Assembly: GCA_016207165.1 (NCBI GenBank)
Contig: JACQQD010000003.1
Coordinates: 47,343 to 111,342, forward strand
From: Candidatus Micrarchaeota archaeon
GTDB taxonomy: Archaea > Micrarchaeota > Micrarchaeia > Norongarragalinales > Norongarragalinaceae
Direction of reading: 5' to 3'
Length of the DNA stretch: 64,000 bases
The position numbers were made by a program, and so were the translations under genes. This document shows, one piece after another, positions 59,479 to 64,000 of the stretch (position 1 is the first letter of the stretch; the number at the start of each line of letters is the position of its first letter). The notes under the pieces were generated by a model, which was given only the letters and a program-made list of their open reading frames with translations, did no database searches and was not told the DNA's origin.

Positions 59479-60027
59479 CTAGAACTGAAGCGGCAGAGGT
59501 TGATTCGGGAAACTTGAGGAAATTGGCGACCAATAATTGAAAAAGGCACGCGACAGCTTTTGCCAATTATGATTACGATGCGCTAGGCGAATTTCGAAAA
59601 ACATAGTGAAAGTAGACCTAGCAACTAAGATTGGCCTAAACAGACCAAATTTGAAGTAATGTTCAAGTAGCAAATTTAGTAAAATGCTAAACAAATTAGA
59701 ATGGCGATATGCTCGAATCCAGCCCACACGGAATTGCACAGATGCAGTTTCCTGACCTAACAAGTTATGTGCCGAGACAAATTCGTTTTTGATTTTAGAA
59801 TAGTAATAATCTTCCCGCGTTGAATCACCAGACAACTGGCAATTTCTAGCTAAATCTGCATATTGAAAAGTTTTCAAGACGTGTCTCGAAGCACCGACGG
59901 CTTTTTTTCTTGGAAAGCCTAATATAACTAAAAAGGAAACGCAACACGCTAACAACTCAGGCCACTTTTTTTCGTCATGAAACCTCCAAAGATTGGAATG
60001 CAATTTTCCGATTTGAAATAATTTCAT
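59479..60027 (-). CDS. Hypothetical protein in the AT-rich island
   Basis: 182-aa ORF following kaiC-2; W/H-rich helical pattern. Confidence 0.65.
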   Translation of the reverse strand: MKLFQIGKLHSNLWRFHDEKKWPELLACCVSFLVILGFPRKKAVGASRHVLKTFQYADLARNCQLSGDSTREDYYYSKIKNEFVSAHNLLGQETASVQFRVGWIRAYRHSNLFSILLNLLLEHYFKFGLFRPILVARSTFTMFFEIRLAHRNHNWQKLSRAFFNYWSPISSSFPNQPLPLQF

Positions 60028-60036
60028 AAAAAGAGC

Positions 60037-60783
60037 CTAACCAAACCCACTAACTTTCTTTACGTGCAAGCCCTGTTCCGTGATGTCAAAAGGATGCGTT
60101 TCCAAGCTGTGCTTGGTGCCCCGCATTTTTCGGACGTAGAGGGTGCGGGCGGCCTGCTGACCCATGCTTAAGAAGTTCAATAGAACCACGCCATCCGCGA
60201 CGTATTCTTCGACGCCGTATTTGGAGAACTTGACGGGTTCGTCTCCACTGGCTTCCGGCAATTCCGTGGTGACGATGGAACTCATGCCGGATTTGGTGAG
60301 GACTTGGCTGACGCGGAGGATGGCTCGCCGGATTTCGTTCTCGTTTTCCAGTTGGAAGCCCAAGGCGGGAATGGAGTCAATCACGAGGCGTTTGGCGCCG
60401 ATGCGCCGCGCAATGCCTAAAACGTCGGTTAAGACGCGGTTCACGTCCAACTGGTTGGCGGCCAAGGCGTGGTGTTCGCTTGAAGGAGTTCCGGCGCGGG
60501 CGGAGGCGCCGTCCACGATGGCAAACAAGTTGTGGCGTTCCAACTCTTGGAGGTTCCATCCGAAGCGAAGCATGTCGGAGCGGATGTTCTCCGGGGATTC
60601 GTCGAACGTCACGAAGACGCCGGGTTCCTGGTGCTGGGTCACGCCGTTGTAGAGGAATTGCATGGAGAAGATGCTTTTGCCGGTGCCGCATGCCCCAGCA
60701 ACAAGCATGGTGCGGTTCTTGGGGAAACCGCCTTCAATGAGGTCGTCAAGGCCCGGAATGCCGGTGGGCGCGCGTTCAACCAT
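60037..60783 (-). CDS. Single-domain KaiC-like ATPase
   Basis: TGIPGLD, GACGTGKS, IDSI, VEEYVADGV, VRKMRGTKHS. Confidence 0.92.
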   Translation of the reverse strand: MVERAPTGIPGLDDLIEGGFPKNRTMLVAGACGTGKSIFSMQFLYNGVTQHQEPGVFVTFDESPENIRSDMLRFGWNLQELERHNLFAIVDGASARAGTPSSEHHALAANQLDVNRVLTDVLGIARRIGAKRLVIDSIPALGFQLENENEIRRAILRVSQVLTKSGMSSIVTTELPEASGDEPVKFSKYGVEEYVADGVVLLNFLSMGQQAARTLYVRKMRGTKHSLETHPFDITEQGLHVKKVSGFG

Positions 60784-60810
60784 ACGGGGAAAGGAACGAG
60801 GGCCAAGCGC

Positions 60811-61512
60811 TTAAATCTTTTGGTTTAGCGCCTTGGAAAGGCCTTGGAACAGGTTTTCGTGCGTCAAGGAAAGCCACCCGTTTTTGCGGCAGGCGCGCTT
60901 GAGGCCGGGGCCGGCATTAAGCGCTATGGGTAATCCGACTTGTTCCATCATTTGTTCGTCCAAGACCATGTCACCAAAGCACAGGCTTTCATGCAAATCG
61001 ATTCCGTGGTGGTGTGCGTACGTCAAAACAGCCCACTTTTTTTGTGCGGGGTCCGTCAAGTTGTGCACGATTCGGCCAGTAAAGCGGCCGTTCTTGGTTT
61101 TCAGGCGGGTTCCGTAGGCGGCGGCAAAGCCCAGGGATTCGGTGAAGGGTTCCACCACGTCTTGAAAGGCGCCGGACACGGCCACCAACCTAAAGTGTTT
61201 CTTCTTCAGTATGGAAAGCAGTTTTTTGGTGTACGGATAAAAATTCGCGTGCTCGGATTGCAGGAACAACTGGTTCAGGGCCTTGAATTTCCGGACTTGA
61301 GTGCCTTTCAGGGAAGAAACGATAAGGGAAACGAGTTTCTGGGTGGTTTCAAGCTCGGTCAAGTGGTGTTTCTTGTGTTCCGAGTGGATGCGGTGCATGG
61401 CGGCCAATTGGCGGGCGTTGAACACGCCGTGTTCGGCTAGGAAATGCAGGTACTTGGGAATCGTGTTTTCCTGGAGAAGCGTGCCGGTCACGTCAAAGAA
61501 AGCGGCTTTCAT
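60811..61512 (-). CDS. HAD-IB family hydrolase
   Basis: FFDVTGTL, VSG, K, FGD...D..M. Confidence 0.85.
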   Translation of the reverse strand: MKAAFFDVTGTLLQENTIPKYLHFLAEHGVFNARQLAAMHRIHSEHKKHHLTELETTQKLVSLIVSSLKGTQVRKFKALNQLFLQSEHANFYPYTKKLLSILKKKHFRLVAVSGAFQDVVEPFTESLGFAAAYGTRLKTKNGRFTGRIVHNLTDPAQKKWAVLTYAHHHGIDLHESLCFGDMVLDEQMMEQVGLPIALNAGPGLKRACRKNGWLSLTHENLFQGLSKALNQKI

Positions 61513-61553
61513 GGGTGAGTTGAACGAAAAAGAGGTATTTCAAGCCAGTGGGT

Positions 61554-61892
61554 CTAAACGGGTTCAATGACGATTTTGTGGCCGAGCTTGGTGACTTTGA
61601 CTTCGTCGCCGGCTTTTAGCTTCAGTTGGCGTTCCAAATCAGAGGGAATGCGGAAGACCAGGGAGTTTCCGACTTCCGAGAGCGTGCGGTACAACGTCAA
61701 AGGCTCCGGCCAAACACCCAAACGCCGCGCCAATTCAATGGTGCGCTGGGACTCCTTTTCAAAAGGAAACTCTTGACCGCAATTCGAACAGCGCTCGCCT
61801 TTCTCCACGAAAACGTAGCCGCCGATTTCAGACACGATGTTGTCGGTTTTTCCCAGTCGGCCCGTGTTGCAGGCCGGGCATTTTTTGGTCAT
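61554..61892 (-). CDS. Zn-finger/AbrB-like protein (orphan antitoxin-like)
   Basis: CPAC...CSNCG then VGNSLVFRIP..L...LKLKAGDEV. Confidence 0.82.
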   Translation of the reverse strand: MTKKCPACNTGRLGKTDNIVSEIGGYVFVEKGERCSNCGQEFPFEKESQRTIELARRLGVWPEPLTLYRTLSEVGNSLVFRIPSDLERQLKLKAGDEVKVTKLGHKIVIEPV

Positions 61893-61996
61893 TTTCAGTC
61901 AATTTCGGGGATAACGAGTGAATTTCATCCGTGATAAAGATTGGGCAGAACAAGTAGAAAAAGAAGGGGGGAGGGTCAGGAGGAGCGTGAAACTGG

Positions 61997-62016
61997 GGAG
62001 GGGGTGCACCCCCTCC
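61997..62016. repeat. Perfect 20-bp GC-rich palindrome
   Basis: GGAGGGGGTGCACCCCCTCC. Confidence 0.85.
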
Positions 62017-62023
62017 GCGGTTC

Positions 62024-62044
62024 CGGTTGACCTTTTTTCTACCC
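62024..62044. promoter_or_regulatory. Shared operator copy 5
   Basis: CGGTTGA-CCTTTTT-TCTACCC, 5 nt from a minus-strand TTAAAG. Confidence 0.55.
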
Positions 62045-62094
62045 AACGTCTTTAACGGGTTTTTGTGAAGGGTGAAGCGGTGGAAAAGCGGGCC

Positions 62095-62631
62095 TTAAGC
62101 GTTCGGGTTTTCGCGCGCCTTCTCTGGGGAAGTGGCCTTCCCTCCTTGCATGGAAACCCGCCCGCTTTTCCTCCCTTTTTCCAACGCCACCTGACCGCCC
62201 AAATACCCGAAGTCAAACGATACCACGGCCAAAACGGGTGTGAAGGAACCCGAAGCAAACGAGGTCAAAAGCGCGGCGGCAGGCAGAAATGGTCTTGGAT
62301 AAAGAAAGTCGACGTGGATTTTCTCGTCGGCCAAGGCGGCCAGCAAACAGAGGAACCCAAAAACAAGCGGGAAAACGGGAACGCCGAAGTAAAGCGCGAC
62401 CACCCCAAACGCGGCGACGCCCAGCACGTGGGAAAGCGAATCGATTTTTCCGGCCAACGCGTTGGCCAAAACCGCGGGAAGAAAGACCAACGCCACCAGA
62501 GCGTCGTGGGTTACCAAATAACCCAAAAGCATGCCGTAGCCCAAAGCCGTCAAATAAGAGAGGGGGTGGTGCAGGGAGTCCGTTAGCTTGGTCAAAAAAC
62601 CCGCGACAAGCGCGCCCAGGAAAACGAACAT
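62095..62631 (-). CDS. Multi-pass membrane protein
   Basis: Hydrophobic; K.TD, GKIDSLSH, DE and RP conserved-looking residues. Confidence 0.75.
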   Translation of the reverse strand: MFVFLGALVAGFLTKLTDSLHHPLSYLTALGYGMLLGYLVTHDALVALVFLPAVLANALAGKIDSLSHVLGVAAFGVVALYFGVPVFPLVFGFLCLLAALADEKIHVDFLYPRPFLPAAALLTSFASGSFTPVLAVVSFDFGYLGGQVALEKGRKSGRVSMQGGKATSPEKARENPNA

Positions 62632-62634
62632 GGA

Positions 62635-63576
62635 TTAGTCCACGTACGGCGAAATGGAGGAACTGTTCTGGATGGCGTCAATGACTTTGGCTAGGGTGGG
62701 CGCAATGGGGCACACCGCAATCTTCTTTGATTTTTTGACGGGAATGGTGTCCGTGACGAACAACCGATCCAAGGCGTCGGAGTCCTCGATTTTGGATACC
62801 GCGTCGCCGGACAAAACCGCGTGGGTGGCGTAGGCGGACACGCTCTTCGCGCCGGCGTCCAAAAGCGCCTGCGCGCCGTTAAGCAGGGAGCCGCCGGTGT
62901 CCACCATGTCATCCACCATGATGCACATTTTTCCTTCGACGTCGCCGACCACGTGCGTGACTTTGACTTGGCCGGGCTTGGGCCGGCGTTTGTGGATGAT
63001 GGCCAAAGGCGCGTTGAGGCGTTGGACGAAATCTTGGGCTCTTTTCACGCCTCCCGCGTCAGGCGAGACGACGACGAAGTCATCGGATTTGAAGGACAGC
63101 GTTTTTTTCAGGAAATCCGAGGCCAACCGCGTGGTGCTCAAGTTGTCAAAGGGGATGCCGAAAAAGCCTTGGGCTTTCGCGGAGTGAATGTCCACCGAAA
63201 CGACGTTGGTCACTCCAACGGCTTGAAGCAAGTCCGCCACGACGCGGGCGGAAATGGGTTCGCGGGGCGCCATCTGGTAATCCTGCCTTCCGTAGCCATA
63301 GTAGGGCATGACGGCAATGATTTTCTCGGCGGAAGAGCGCCGAAGCGCGTCGGCCATCAACAGCAACTCCATCAAGTTGTTGTTGACCGGCGCGCAGGTG
63401 GACTGGAGGATGAATGCTTTTTGACCCCGGACGGTTTTCTGGACTTGCACGCGGGTCTCGCCGTCGTTAAACGTGGTGACGTTGGCGGGCGAAACCTCGG
63501 TTTTCAGGAGTTGGGCGACGTCTTTCGCCAAGGAGGGATTCGAGTTGCCGGTAAAGAGAATCGGTTTTTGGCCCAT
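62635..63576 (-). CDS. prs: Ribose-phosphate pyrophosphokinase
   Basis: FNDGE, PYYGYGRQD, VVSPDAGG, VDDMVDTGGS. Confidence 0.96.
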   Translation of the reverse strand: MGQKPILFTGNSNPSLAKDVAQLLKTEVSPANVTTFNDGETRVQVQKTVRGQKAFILQSTCAPVNNNLMELLLMADALRRSSAEKIIAVMPYYGYGRQDYQMAPREPISARVVADLLQAVGVTNVVSVDIHSAKAQGFFGIPFDNLSTTRLASDFLKKTLSFKSDDFVVVSPDAGGVKRAQDFVQRLNAPLAIIHKRRPKPGQVKVTHVVGDVEGKMCIMVDDMVDTGGSLLNGAQALLDAGAKSVSAYATHAVLSGDAVSKIEDSDALDRLFVTDTIPVKKSKKIAVCPIAPTLAKVIDAIQNSSSISPYVD

Positions 63577-63627
63577 ACTACTTAATGGCGATTCCAGATT
63601 TAAATGGGTTCCCGCCAAAAAGACAGG

Positions 63628-63834
63628 TCAGACCCGAGCCAATGGTTGTAACGCTTCATGAATTTTGCGCTTAACTTCGGAACGCGTCACCGCATTTTTC
63701 GGAAGGGTAAGCCGAACACCCAACTCGGGATTCATTGCGACGCCTAATCCACGGTATCCCCCACCGCGACGCCAAGAAGTGGCAATTTCGACACGCCAAC
63801 CATTCTGATAAAAGAAAGTACGCCGCATGAACAA
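63628..63834 (-). CDS. Small basic orphan protein
   Basis: 68 aa; starts immediately after the radA stop. Confidence 0.45.
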   Translation of the reverse strand: MFMRRTFFYQNGWRVEIATSWRRGGGYRGLGVAMNPELGVRLTLPKNAVTRSEVKRKIHEALQPLARV

Positions 63835-64000
63835 TCAATCCCGCACGCCTTCGGGGGTGACGCGGAAAACGATTTCGCCGTCCGGGAGGTTGGGCGAATC
63901 CACGAGCTTCATGATGCGGCGGTCCTCCTTGCTTCTCCTCACGTACAACCGGTACGTGGACGTGTGCGCCAGCACGTGGCCGCCGATTGGCGCTGTGGGG
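63835..64000 (-). CDS. radA: RadA recombinase, C-terminal part (partial)
   Basis: PIGGHVLAHTSTYRLYVRRSKEDRRIMKLVDSPNLPDGEIVFRVTPEGVRD*. Confidence 0.93.
   Translation of the reverse strand, partial: PTAPIGGHVLAHTSTYRLYVRRSKEDRRIMKLVDSPNLPDGEIVFRVTPEGVRD

Noticed and set aside
57478-60783. KaiC genes as a circadian clock
   Set aside because: Both are single-domain and no kaiA or kaiB is present
61975-62020. Hammerhead ribozyme or SRP RNA fragment
   Set aside because: No CTGANGA core on either strand; too short and lacks the SRP helix-8 motif
767-63585. Many long alternative-frame and antisense ORFs in the track (e.g. 5007-5966, 30365-31504, 45012-45980, 51325-52422)
   Set aside because: Shadows of well-supported genes, expected with high GC at third codon positions

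Overview
Gene-dense archaeal chromosome segment, about 55-60% GC by eye. Gene content and short basic orphan ORFs suggest a DPANN archaeon such as Micrarchaeota (inference). Housekeeping genes: rpl12, rpl11, rpl21e-rpoF-DUF655-ksgA, dnaG, cysS, alaS, asnS, pth2, hjc, rfcL, rfcS, cdc48, topA, prs, 3' end of radA. Metabolic modules: ADP-dependent sugar kinase, AMP phosphorylase, a SerK-like/CBS/CGL/cysS cysteine operon, a sufCBDSU operon with its own regulator, and a Trx-CcdA-DipZ cluster. Also a pilin-like cluster and several intact or decayed toxin-antitoxin genes. No rRNA, tRNA, CRISPR array or transposase was recognised. Main highlights: (1) a candidate signalling locus at about 54.2-62.0 kb with two tandem wHTH regulators, two KaiC-like ATPases, a divergent cis-prenyltransferase, two V4R-like proteins and a HAD phosphatase, partly on an AT-rich island; (2) a 21-bp pseudo-palindromic operator, in five copies just downstream of TATA-like boxes, linking that locus to the pilin cluster 25 kb away; (3) an apparently intact single-repeat (half) TBP; (4) a cysteine operon with a minimal SerK-like kinase and a structured leader holding a Cys-codon uORF. 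All calls come from motif recognition by eye; no searches were run.
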